From assembly GCF_006345805.1 (NCBI RefSeq), contig NC_043003.1, positions 16,616,001 to 16,680,000 on the forward strand: a stretch of 64,000 nt of DNA, given 5' to 3'. The DNA is from Octopus sinensis. Its lineage: Eukaryota. Shown piece by piece: positions 1-12,199 of the stretch. Below the pieces are notes generated by a model. It worked only from the letters and a program-made list of their open reading frames with translations. It was not told the origin of the DNA and made no database searches. A program made the position numbers and the translations under genes. The stretch's first letter is position 1; each line of letters begins with the position of its first letter.

Positions 1-213
1 AGCTAATAAGCGGACAGCTTTATTCTTATTTTTATAAGAATGCCATATTAGTATAGCGATAACTATTATTTTCCGGGAACGCTGCCGTTGTTCTCTTTTA
101 GAGAGACTTAGTAATTTTAATATTTCTATTATTGAAAACAAGTGGATGTATTCCACCGAAACTAGGTAAATAAAACCTTCGAACAGAGATTGTCAGAAGC
201 GACACCTACTGGT

Positions 214-269
214 CTGGCTACGCTGCATTGAAAAGGGGCAATACCCCGAAACGCGTCTGTAGCTGCCGG
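214..269 (+). ncRNA. Minimal type I hammerhead ribozyme, U3:A8 core variant
   Basis: Stem I GCTGCA(222-227)/TGTAGC(258-263), extended by CTGGC/GCCGG; core TTGAAAA 228-234; stem II GGGG-CAATA-CCCC; GAAA 248-251; palindromic stem III ACGCGT; GUC cleavage after 257. Confidence 0.8.
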
Positions 270-582
270 TCAAGTAGTGTGGAGCGACTGACCTCCCTTG
301 TTCGAAGGTTATATGGATACAGTTTGTGTATCAAATAGCTAACTTAAGGCGATGGCCTCATGGAGCTAATAAGCGGACAGCTTTATTCTCATTTTTATTT
401 TTATAAGAATGCCATATTAGTATGGCGATAACTATTATTTTCCGGGAACGCTGCCGTTGTTCTCTTTTAGAGAGACTTAGTAATTTTAATATTTCTATTA
501 TTGAAAACAAGTGGATGTATTCCACCGAAACTAGGTAAATAAAACCTTCGAACAGAGATTGTCAGAAGCGACACCTACTGGT

Positions 583-638
583 CTGGCTACGCTGCATTGA
601 AAAGGGACAATACCCCGAAACGCGTCTGTAGCTGCCGG
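583..638 (+). ncRNA. Second hammerhead copy in tandem array (one stem II substitution)
   Basis: Same motif 369 nt downstream; stem II reads GGGA-CAATA-CCCC (3 bp kept); predicted cleavage after 626. Confidence 0.7.
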
Positions 639-859
639 TCAAGTAGTGTGGAGCGACTGACCTCCCTTGTTCGAAGGTTATATGGATACAGTTTGTGTAT
701 CAAATAGCTAACTTAGGCGATGGCCTCATGGAGCTAATAAGCGGACAGCTTTATTCTTATTTTTATAAGAATGCCATATTAGTATGGCGATAACTATTAT
801 TTTCCGGAACGCTGCCGTTGTTCTCTTTTAGAGAGACTTAGTAATTTTAATATTTCTAT

Positions 860-872
860 TATATATTATATA

Positions 873-911
<39 letters not shown>

Positions 912-949
912 TATACATATACACCTACATGTATATACATATATATATC

Positions 950-1018
<69 letters not shown>

Positions 1019-1027
1019 TATATACAT

Positions 1028-1083
<56 letters not shown>

Positions 1084-1195
1084 GTTTAAATATTTGTTGT
1101 GCAAGATTTTTTATGTGAAGCAAAATAACACCAAATATATAGTGCGTGTGTTTTTATTGGCTAAACTGGCAATATGACCATTCCGAAATATAACA

Positions 1196-1278
<83 letters not shown>

Positions 1279-1330
1279 TATACATACATATATACATATA
1301 TATACATACATATATATATACATATATATA
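860..1330. repeat. (TA)n/(TACA)n/(TG)n microsatellite cluster
   Basis: Direct reading; source of the YIYI-type spurious ORFs. Confidence 0.95.
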
Positions 1331-1332
1331 TT

Positions 1333-3185
1333 TTTTTGTTGTTTCAGGTCAGAGCTGCGGCCATGGTGATGCACCGCCGTTTTGTGCTACACTGTTATTA
1401 CGAAGAACCTCCTCTAATATGTGGCACTTGGTGAAGAATGGAGTTTGATATAGCTATTCCCATTTGCACCTCTTGCCGTGAGGTAGGTTCATCTGGGACT
1501 CTCGACAGGAAGATGTCCAGCTTTGATTTAAAAACCGCTACATCTACTTTGTGCAAGTACCTCAGACTCTTTGGGAGAATATTAAAAAGCTGTGGGCCCT
1601 TGAAACCCAGGCTGTTGCAGAAGCTGGTCCTGAAGCGTGATGGCATTGCTGGGATCTTTGGCACTATGCAGTGTCGTCCCGTTCTAGCATTGGTGTAGCT
1701 TACAATGCCAAAATTTGGCACAATTCCTTCCAGGATCTTCCAGACATATATTATTGCATACCGCTCCCGTCTTCTCTCCAGGGAGTAGAATCTTAGCTAT
1801 TTCAACCTTTCCCAGTAGCTGAGCTGTTGCAAAGAGACGATCTTCTTTGTGAATCTTCTCTGGATTGCTTCAAGGTCCGCTGTTAATTTCACACTAGTGG
1901 GTGACCATAGCTGTGAGCAGTAATCCAGGCGGCTGAGGACGAATGTCCGCCAGAGGACCATCATGGTTTCCTTATCTCTGGTTCTGAATGTTCTTAGGAT
2001 CCATCCAGCCAGTCGTCTGTACTTTGTCGCCGTCCTGGTAATGTGCACTTGGAAAGAGGTATCCTCACTCATGTCGATACCCAGGTCCCTCACAGACTTA
2101 GGCTCTGTGATTGAAATTCCCTGTGGACCGGTGTATCCTGTAAGTTTAATATTCAGTTTTGGATGCTGGTAGCGCAGGGCCTGGAATTTTTCAGCATTAA
2201 ACTGCATATTATTATCCTCGGCCCATCTGTAGATTGAGACCAACTCCTGCTGCAAGTGTGCAACATCGCTGGGGTTCTGTATTTTCTGCGAGACTTTCGT
2301 ATCGTCTGCATAGCTTGCCAGAGTGGCTATCCGGGCATTCGAGAGCATATCTGAGAGGGCCACTATAAAAAGCAGTGGTCCCAAGACAGTGCCCTGTTGA
2401 ACACCACTCACTATTTGTGTGTTCATAGAGGTGGCTCTATTAACCACTACTGCCTGACTCCTATCATTCAGGAAGTCATGTAACCACCCTCCAAGTTTTC
2501 CAGCTATGCCGAGGTCACGCAGTTTGTGGCATATCATACCATGATCCACCTTGTCAAAAGCTTTTGCAAAATCAAGGTAGATTACGTCCACATTTGATTT
2601 GTTGAGTAACTGCCTCAACACCCAGTCATAATGTTGTAAGAGCTGGGTCAGGTAGCTCCTACCTGGTCGAAAACCATGCTGAGTATCACTCAGCAAGTTA
2701 TTTTCCTCAAGGAATGCGATTAGTTTCTTTCTGACTATCCGTTCCATGACTTTGCTGATGTGTGAAGTCAGAAAGATAGGCCTATAGTTTTTGGCATCTG
2801 CTCTTCTTCCCCCTTTATGTATTGGGCATATCATTCCCTCCTTCAGCTTGCTTGGCAGTTTGCCATTTGTAAGAAAGCTCTGGAAGAGAATCTTGAGGGG
2901 CTTTGCCAGGGCATGCTTACACGCTTTGAGGAGAATTGCTGGGAAACCATCTGGACCAGCAGTTGAGTTTGTGTCTACTTCATCTATGGCTAGTAGGACA
3001 TCTTCTTCGCTAATATCAATACATTCTATTGTAGTCGCCTCGCTGGTTATAGGTGAGGCGGCAAAGAAGTCCGCTGGTTCGTTCACTTGTCTGTGTTCCA
3101 ACGGGGTGGTAAAGACACTTTTGAACTGGTCATTCAGCATCTCACTGATCTTAGTTGGACTGTCTGTGAGGGAGCCATCCGCAAC
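1333..3185 (-). mobile_element. 5'-truncated CR1-group (CR1/Daphne/Crack-like) LINE, RT domain plus 3' UTR
   Basis: ORF track 1797-3239 has YLDFAKAFDKVDH, SGVQQGTVLGPLLF, YADDTK; continues in the same frame past one TAG at ~1797 (RLK*LRFYSLERRRERY) to stop at 1398; short 3' UTR ends ~1333. Confidence 0.93.
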
Positions 3186-5175
3186 CAAGTCAGCCCCTCT
3201 GAAATCAACTACTGGGGATCTCATCAAGGACCAAAGCAAGCAAATGGATAGATGGGTGGAGTACTACCAGGATCTCTACTCATGAGAGAGCACGGTAGCT
3301 GAGGCTGCAATCGAGGTTATCAAGATCTTGCTAGTCATGTGTGAACTTGACAGTCTGCCATGTATAGCAGAGCTCACCAAGGCTATTGACTTCCTAGCAA
3401 GTAACAAGGCTCCGGGAAAAGACGGCATCCCCTTAAAGATCATCAAAACCGGCAAAAACACCATCATGCTTCGGCACATTCATGAGCTTCTGTGTCAGTG
3501 CTGGAAAGAGGGTACAGTCCCTCAGGATATGCGGGATGCTAACATCATTACGCTTTACAAAAACAAAGGTGACCGTGGTGATTGTAACAACTACCGTGGA
3601 ATATCTCTTCTAAGCACTGTTGGAAAGGCCTCTGCTCGCATTATCCTGTCCAGGCTGCAACTGCTTGCTTCTCGAATTTATCCGGAATCGCAGTGTGGCT
3701 TTAGAAGAAGCAGATCAACTATTGACATGATATTCTCCATACGCCAACTTCAGGAGAAGTCCAGAGAGCAGAAAATGTCATTATATATGGCTTTCATTGA
3801 TCTGACAAAGGCCTTTGACTTGGTAAGTAGAAAAGGCCTCTTGATCCTGCTCCAAAAAATCAGATGTCCACCAAAGCTGCTGAGGATCATCACATCTTTC
3901 CATGATGATATGCAAGGCACCATACAGCACAATGGTTCGACATCAGCCGCGTTCCAAATAAAAAATGGGGTAAAGCAAGGTTGTGTCCTTGCTCCTACAT
4001 TATTTGGCATCTTCTCGCTGCTGCTGTCACATGCCTTTGTGACATCAGATGATGGACGGTTTCTGCACAGTAGAAGTGATGGGAAAATGTTCAATCTCTC
4101 GCGTCTGCATGCCAAGACCAAAATCAGAAGCGTCCTGATCAAGGAGATGCTATTTGCTGATGATGCCGCTCTGGTATCACACACAGAAGAAGCCCTACAA
4201 AGGCTCATCAACTGTTTTGAGCAAGCATGTGGAAACTTTGGCTTATTTATCAGCCTCAAGAAGACCAGCATCATGGGTCAGGCTACATCGACCATCCCAA
4301 ACATACATATTGGAGACCACAGACTACAGGAGGTGGAGAGGTTTACCTATCTTGGCTCTACCGTCACCTACAACCTATCCCTTGATACTGAGCTCAATAT
4401 ACGCATTGGCAAGGCAGCTGCTGTGATGGCCCAACTCTCCAAACGGGCATGGGACAACAATAAGCTGACCAAGACCACAAAAATGAAGATTTACCAGGCA
4501 TGTATACTTAGCACTCTACTGTATGGAAGTGAGACTTGGACGCCATACACACGCCATACGACGCCATACGTCGCCTAAATATCTTTCACCTGCGCTGCCT
4601 CCGGAAAATCCTTCGCATCAAATGGCAGAATCATGTCCCCAACAAAGATGTCCTCAAGCAAGCAGGAATACCAAGCATGTTTACACTCCTCACACAAAGA
4701 CGTATGAGATGGCTTCGACATGTTAGCCGTATGGAAGATGGCAGAATTCCCAAGGACATACTCAACGGAGAGCTTGCTAGGGGCACTAGGTCTGTGGGAA
4801 GACCGTTCTTACGATACAAGGATGTTTGCAAAAGGGACATGAATGCCTGCAACATCAATATTACCAACTGGGAAGCAGTTGCCAGCAACCGTGGAGATTG
4901 GCGACGTACCGTAAAGAGGGAAAACAAAGGAGTGACATAGAGGGAGAGGAGAAATGGAAAGACAAGAAAAGACGTCAACAAGAAAGTATGACATTACAAC
5001 CAGCCAGGCAAAGTCTTCGCTACATTTGCGGCACATATCAGAGGGAGTGTTTGTCCAGGATAGGACTACACAGCCACAGCAGGAGATGTATTAGGAAATG
5101 AAATGTAAAAGCCGGACTAGATTATTTTATGCGCAACTCCATTGTCTCCCGAGACAAAAAGGATGCTAACAACAA
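3181..5175 (+). mobile_element. 5'-truncated RTE-clade (BovB-like) LINE, RT domain plus 3' end
   Basis: KAPGKDGIP, NYRGISLLS, PESQCGFR, FIDLTKAFD, QGCVLAPTLF, LFADD, C-terminal SRIGLHSHSRRC; one TGA at ~3283 and a frameshift at ~4550 from an ACGCCATAC triplication; ends GGATGCTAACAACAA. Confidence 0.95.
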
Positions 5176-5459
5176 TATATATGGATTTCGTCGACAGGAA
5201 GTGAAACAAATCAATCGTATATATATGTATATATGTAAGTGTATGTGTGTGTCTTTGTGTCTGTGTTTCGCCCACATCACTGCTTCACAACTGCTGCTCA
5301 TTTATTTACATCCACAAAACTTACTGGTTTCACAAGAACAAACTAATAGAATAAGTACTAGGCTTATCAACATAAAAAAGCACTAAGCTGTGTCTCATAT
5401 TTTTGTTTGCCCACTCAGTTGTATCTATCAATTTATCTTCATGTGTGTGTGTATCTATA

Positions 5460-5470
5460 TCTATATATAT

Positions 5471-5538
<68 letters not shown>

Positions 5539-6572
5539 CACCCTAATGGGAGCCTTAACTCCCAAATTTTAGTCATTTCTTTTATGATCCAAAGCTAGGT
5601 CAAAAGTACTGAATGGATCTTTATGAAATTTGGAAATTATATTCTAAGCATAAGGGCCATAGCCCCCATGACAATTCATATATTTTTGCTGTTGATGAAA
5701 TTTTAACCATAGATATTAGATACAAATGAAGTAATATTTATATAATTTCATCTTCTTACAAAGTTAGAAAGACTTAACACCCACAATTTTGTCATTTTAT
5801 CTAAGCAAAAACGAATACAGTTGTGCTCTTGAAAGCTATAGGGTTACCCGAGCATTAAAGTTGGGCATTATTTCTAATTCAATGGTACAACAGTGTAACA
5901 GTTCGCTTTGACATACACTTACATTGTGATTTCTGCAATGTGCTGCATAAATTGTTAAGTAAATGAGAGGCATCTTTGTCTCCACTGATTCAGTTGCAAA
6001 GTGTTGAGTAAAGTTATTTGATTGCAGACCTCCTTTCAATCTTTTTATTATCACTCGGTCACACATAGTCCTCAGATGGTAACATTGATTACAAGGCCTT
6101 CCCAGATGAGTGACTGGTTATTCAAAAACATTTATAGATTTTAAATTCATTCTGTCCAGTTACGTATCAGTATAGTGGTCATTTGCAAACTCCAGAGGTG
6201 ACATTTTAATTTCTCCTAAGCCCTCACGTCACACAGTTGTTAATGTTGATTTCAGTTGGGTCACGCCCTTACAATTGCTATAGATTCGTAATGCATCTTA
6301 CGGCTGTGCCTGTCACCTGGATGGCGAGGAATTCTACATTAGGGGTGGTAACGACTAGGGTAGGGTAACTAACCGCTTATTGTGATCATTCGTCTTTTGG
6401 TTTCCATGTAGCACGACTACAATTTTTTAGAGTGTGTAAAGAGGGATATAACCCTCATCTGCAATTTTGCTGAAATTCGAAACATAGATATTCCAGTTTA
6501 TTCAGAAAATATAACAGAAAAGTCTAATTCTTCAATTGAACATAACCGGGCAACGCCGGGTATCTATGTTAG
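5460..6572 (+). mobile_element. Non-autonomous Helitron/HINE-like element (5' boundary uncertain)
   Basis: 3' hairpin ACCGG-GCAACG-CCGGGT followed by GTTAG|T (6545-6573), the same terminal motif as the 15.2-kb copy; TC(TA)n start at 5460 is inferred. Confidence 0.5.
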
Positions 6573-6686
<114 letters not shown>

Positions 6687-6837
6687 CTATATATATATAT
6701 ATATATATATATTAATATATATGTATATATATATATAATCAATAATAATAAAGGGCAGAATTAATTAATCATTTATAATTAATAATCTTACCAAGTAGTT
6801 TGGTATGTTAAAAGAACCATTATCAGTAAACTTATAC

Positions 6838-7064
6838 AAAAATTATTATAATTATAAACATAATTATAATTATGGTTTAGCAAAATTGCTTCACCACATA
6901 CCGAAATTTAGAAATAGCAGTCAAATGCTATTCTACTACCATAAAATATCTCCCATCTTATGGTAGTGGAATAGTATTTAACTGCTGTTTCTAAATTTTG
7001 GTATGTAGTGAAACAATTTTGCTAAGCCCTAATTATAATTACGTTTATAATTATAATAATTTTT
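6838..7064. repeat. Fold-back inverted repeat, ~107-bp arms, 13-nt loop
   Basis: Arm 6838-6944 is the imperfect reverse complement of 6958-7064; (TA)n tracts at 6573-6735 and 7068-7092. Confidence 0.9.
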
Positions 7065-7099
7065 GCGTGTATATATATATATATATATATATAAATGTC

Positions 7100-7187
7100 T
7101 TTCCTGATGAGAAGGCGGCATAATGCACCCTTTATTCCTTCGGAATTAGGAATATGCAGTCTTCGAAACATATGTCGAGAATAAAGG
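7100..7187 (+). ncRNA. Type I hammerhead ribozyme with long stem II
   Basis: CTGATGA 7104-7110; stem II GAAGGCGGCATA/TATGCAGTCTTC; GAAA 7165-7168; palindromic ACATATGT; GUC cleavage after 7176; weak 4-bp stem I TTTC/GAGA. Confidence 0.72.
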
Positions 7188-8589
7188 AATTTTGTTAAAT
7201 CGTCGTTCGACTCCATTCTTTCATTTATTTATAGTAAAAAAAACACACAAATTTCCACACGAAAGCACGTGATCTCTGCCCTTGGCATGTAGCTTCAACC
7301 GTGTTTTCTGACGTGAATTTGCTACCCGGGTATCGGTTAACCGAATTATCCATACTAGGATAATTCATTCAACTACTTATATATATATTCAACGGAACTT
7401 ATTTTCCCTATTTTCTAATCTAGCAATACCCTAAAGAAACAGCCGTCATTGGTTTCTGTTGTATAATCTGCTATCTTCTAACCGGTTTTAAGCTGATTGT
7501 GTAACTACATCAATATTGTTTTATTGAAAGATGTATTTAACACACTCTAGCTGGTTTCAAAGTTGTCGTTAATCAAAACTCTAAATAAGTAGACAAAGTA
7601 ATTTGTTTGATAGATTGACTGAAAAATACGTAACAAGCTTGTATTATTCCCAAACACCTGCTGGATTAGTTGTGTTTGCGTTATTTTGTTTCTTCTAAGT
7701 TGTCTCCTTTTATATTTTCGATATAAAATTGATATCGCTTATACTTTGATGAGGCTTATTCTGCTTTTATTATTATCACTAATGACAAATGAATATATGA
7801 TATCATTCATCATTAACAATCTTAATGAATATTCAATGCCAATGAACGTCTATACAGAGGAACATCTGGCTTATGAAACTAATATAAATATTATGAATTA
7901 CATATGAATATACCATTTGGTAGATTATCAGGAAAAAATTCATTTGCATATTCATTTATTTAAAATGTATTTAATTTTTCCTACTCTAAATTAGCATTTA
8001 CAGATGGTTTTAATTTAATTCTCTTATCATGATTTCATATTCATTCAAAATCAAAACGTACGTTTAAATGAAGCATACTTCTTAAGAATTACTATTTCAA
8101 AGAAGTTAGAATATATTTAACGTTTCCATTTGAAATTTAGCATTTTGAGATAGCACAAGTTTTATTCCTAATAATTCTTAGCATGTAAAATAATATACAG
8201 CTCCCTTTTCTTACCGATAACACCAACGACAAAACCGAGAGGTATTTGAGATTGATACTTTGAGCGGAAACGAAAAATTCTTTTAGATAGGTTTCCTTGT
8301 TGCAGCATCAATTCACTCTTCAGGTATAAACACCTGATCAGATCTTAAACTATCCTACTGAAATAATATAGAAGTTTGAAAAGAGAAATAAGATTATGGT
8401 GAGTTCGCTATCGTTCTGCTTAAAATCTAAATATTGACAAAATATTAATTGGCTTCAATAATTTCAAACAGACTCCTTTAAATAGGCTATTACTAATTTA
8501 TCAGGTCATCCCATAAATTCTGTCCGAATTTTGAATAAAGAAAATAAGTGATCAAATGTTATATTTAATTGAAATTTAATCATCAATGT

Positions 8590-8900
8590 ACTTTCCCTGA
8601 TTATCTATGACTTCCTTCCATCTCTTTACAAGCTTTTTTAATCCAATCAGTGTAAAACTCATTTGTTTTCCAGGCGAAGAACTCTGAAATGTCAGCTTCG
8701 ACCTTCTCCTGGCTGGCGAAAGTTATGTCCCCCAAATGATTTTGTAAACTACGAAACAAATGGTAGTCTGAAGGAGCAAGATCGGGAGAATAAGGTGGAT
8801 GAGGAATTTTTCCCAACCAAGCTCTTCGATCTTCTGTGATGTGATCTTAGCAATGTGGGGTCGCGCATTGTCCTGATGAAACATCACTCATTTCGATTAA
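8590..8900 (-). mobile_element. mariner transposase C-terminal remnant
   Basis: HPPYSPDLAPSDYHLFRSLQNHL motif; upstream HQDNARPH in a shifted frame. Confidence 0.9.
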
Positions 8901-9361
8901 CTCTCAAGCGCTAAACAAATGTTTCTTAAAACCTCCCTCTCGTTTTTTTCTTTTACTCTCGTTTTTTCTTTCATGATCTAATACAGACTTAACCTTGATT
9001 TCATTCGTAAACTAATGTCGTCACAAACATCTACTTCAAACTTTCAAACACTACTTTAACCACTCATTCTAATGAGCCTGAATTTCATCTCTTCTTATTG
9101 TTAGGAGAGTTTGGAATAGATAGCCGAGCCAATAATGTATCCTGATTCAAGCTTTACGATACGATGGCGCTGAAATCATTATTATCGAGAGTCGAGACTA
9201 TCAAGCTGCAAAATTTCTTGAAAAACGGTATAACTCCCCAGTATAACTGGTTTGACATCAGTTCTGTCTGCAATAGACTGATATATCATAGAACGCATTG
9301 ACTCTTTTTCCTTAGCACTTATCCTTTCTTTTAAGAAGGCAGCGTAAACGTCAAGAAATGT

Positions 9362-9935
9362 TTCATATAGATATATACATACACACTCACACACACACAC
9401 ACACACACATACACATACATTTGTGTGTGCGTGTGTGTGTATGTATATGTATATGTGTGTGCGTGTAAGCCCTATAAATGTAATATATATGAACATATAA
9501 CATGTGTATATGTATATATACATATATATACATATGTGTATACATACATATATATATGCATATATATATACATATATATATACATATATATATACATATA
9601 TATATACATACATAGATATATATACATATCTATATACATACATATATATATACATATATATATACATACATATATATATATAAATATATATATATACATA
9701 TATGTATACACATATATATACATATATATATACATACATATATATATACATATATACATATATATACATATATATATATATACATATATATTTATACATG
9801 CATATATACATATATATATACATATATATATACACACATATATATATATATATACATGTATGTATATACATACACACACATACATACACACATATACATA
9901 CATACATACATATACACACATACACACATACATAT
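9362..9935. repeat. (CA)n/(TG)n/(TACA)n microsatellite block
   Basis: Direct reading. Confidence 0.95.
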
Positions 9936-10524
9936 GAACCAACTGAAAGGTCAGAGATGAAATGAACAGGACCTAGAATTTTCTTCAAACTTATTATGAT
10001 TATGAAATAAACATAAATGCCTTTTTTATTGTGCAGTTTGTCATTAAATTCCTCAATATCGCCATATTACCCACTACCACAACACTTAAATTAGCTCTGC
10101 AAATAGCAATATTTCTCGCTAACTAAAGGACATGAAACAGACATAAAACTTCCAGATATTATCTCCTGTTGGTCCTAATTGCAGTTTACTCGTAAGTATT
10201 AACTTCCTATTTTGATGTACGCAATTCGTCCTCGAATACGATATTTCAGTTTCCTTGCGAAATGGTGACGAAATCTCTTAGTGTGTGAGAGCGTGCGTGT
10301 ATAGCGGGGTGCTATGTGCGTGTCCGCGTGCCCTTGTGCTCGTGTATGTGTGAAGACCCGTGCCCTAGTGGTTATGATGCTGTATAGTAATCCGATTGCA
10401 CAATCGTGTTTTCGATTCTCGTACCGTTCGGTGTGTTAGTGTTCTTGAACAAAACACTTCATTTTACGTGGCTCTCGTCCACTCAGCTGTATATGAGTGA
10501 ATTTGCGACGGACAGGTGTTCCGT

Positions 10525-10750
10525 GGAATCCAGATAAAAAAAATCACAGGAAAAAAAATCACAGTCGGGGGGTGGTTGTCTGAGGTGTTTTTGTCCTAGG
10601 GGGTTTTGTCCGGATCCCAAAAGTTATTTGTGACTTTTTTTCCTGTGACTTTATTACCGGTCACCATAAATTAATTGTGACCTTTTTCCCTAGCCAAAAT
10701 TGTGACTTTATTACTGTGACTTTTTTTCCTGTGACTCTATTACCGCTCAC
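10525..10750. mobile_element. MITE-like fragment with short reiterated inverted motifs (possibly MULE-derived)
   Basis: AAAAATCACAGGAAAAAAAATCACAG versus repeated GTGACTTTTTTTCCTGTGACT; superfamily is a guess. Confidence 0.4.
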
Positions 10751-10789
10751 CGTTCCGTCCGTGGGGTGGGGCTGGATTCACCTCACGGT

Positions 10790-10950
10790 CGTTCATGTGC
10801 TATCAAATGCCCTGTTAAAGAAACATCTTACCTCTAGAAATAAAGCCAGACGTACATGTGTGAAAACAAAATGCAGAAACGGAACCACAGAAATGCATGG
10901 AGTTTGTAAAAAACCGCTGTGTGGCAAGTGTGCGCTAAAACGTTGCGATA
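10790..10950 (+). mobile_element. piggyBac-like transposase C-terminal cysteine-rich domain remnant
   Basis: RNKARRTCVKTKCRNGTTEMHGVCKKPLCGKCALKRC resembles the piggyBac CRD spacing; no catalytic domain seen. Confidence 0.5.
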
Positions 10951-10952
10951 AA

Positions 10953-11171
10953 TACTCTTTACTCTTTTACTCTTTTACTTGTTTCAGTCATTTGACTGTG
11001 GCCATGCTGGAGCACGGCCTTTTAGTCGAGCAAATCGACCCCGGGACTTATTCTTTGTATGCCTAGTACTTATTCTATCGGTCCCTTTTGCCGAGCCGCT
11101 AAGTTACGGGGATGTAAACACATCAGCATCGGTTGTCAAGCAATGCTAGGGGGACAAACACAGACACACAA

Positions 11172-11242
<71 letters not shown>

Positions 11243-11406
11243 TACGACGGGCTTCTTTCCAGTTTCCGTCTACCAAATCACTCACAAGGCTTTGGTCGGC
11301 CTGAGGCTATAGTTGATGACATTTTGCCCAAGGTGCCACGCAGTGGGACTGAACCCGGAACCATGTGGTTGGTAAGCAAGCTACCTACCACACAGCCACT
11401 CCTGCG
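10953..11406 (-). mobile_element. tRNA-derived SINE type A (internal microsatellite, CR1-like 3' tail)
   Basis: A-box-like TGGCTGTGTGG, B-box GGGTTCAGTCCC, tail GCATGGCCACAGTCAAATGACTGAAACAAGTAAAAGAG; near-identical copies across the window. Confidence 0.9.
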
Positions 11407-11893
11407 TTAGAATTTCAATAAATTTCTTTTTATTTTGTAAGGATAAGCTTCTTTCAAACTATCAAACTATTGCGACTAATATCATCGTGAAGTCATAAAA
11501 TTCAATAGATTTATACATTTAGCAAAGGTTTTCGACTTCACCTTTTCATTTTTTGAAAAAAAACATCTTTGCACCAATTGACACATTCTGGTCCTTAAAG
11601 ATAAGTGAAAAGTTCGGTACGATCTTTCTACTACTAATGTGACAGTATTTTAGCCTGAGTTAAAATAATTCTACATTGAAGAATTTAATATATAGCTGTA
11701 TGTTATTTTGTGGTTGGGTTGATAGATATAATTTTTTTTATATATAGGAGACGGAGAGAGGGAGAACAATAAACTGATAATATAGCAAGGCCTTGCAGTC
11801 AAGAAATTTTTAACAACAAATATTAATGAAGTTTTCAGACCATAGGTATTACGTTATAGCTATCCAGGCATTAACAGTATGTTATTATTTTTA

Positions 11894-12199
11894 TTTATGT
11901 GCCCTTTGCAAGCCTAGCCAGACTCATGCACCCGGTTTCCCGGTTTCTATGGCGTATGTGTTTCCCCCAGCTGGACAGGACGCAAGTCCATCGCAGCGTT
12001 ACTCAAGAAACAGGAAGAAGCAGTGAGAGAAAGTTGGGGCAAAGTGTACAATAGGGGTCGCCATCACCATCTGCCGGAGCCTCGTCGAGCTTTAGGCGTT
12101 TTCGCTCAATAAACATACACAACGCCCGGTCTGGGAATCGAAACCGCGATCCTCCGACCACGAGTCCGCTGCCCTAACCACTGGCCATTGCGCCTCCAC
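11894..12199 (-). mobile_element. tRNA-derived SINE type C, variant 1
   Basis: Head GTGGAGGCGCAATGGCCAGTGG...GGTTTCGATTCCC; tail GCGATGGAC...AAACCGGG shared with the adjacent copy. Confidence 0.8.

Larger units (their letters stand above)
1..860 (+). repeat. Tandem array of a ~363-368 bp unit (2.3 copies visible, runs off window start); retrozyme/PLE pLTR-like
   Basis: Unit start AGCTAATAAGCGGACAGC recurs at 1, 364 and 732; units nearly identical; third unit truncated by (TA)n at ~860; each complete unit carries a hammerhead motif. Confidence 0.95.

Noticed and set aside
2791-3285. 164-aa plus-strand ORF
   Set aside because: Chimera of antisense CR1 sequence and the first codons of the RTE fragment
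8284-8330. Minus-strand CTGAAGA...GGAAACCTATC hammerhead-like spacing
   Set aside because: No stem I, no credible stem II, stem III not palindromic
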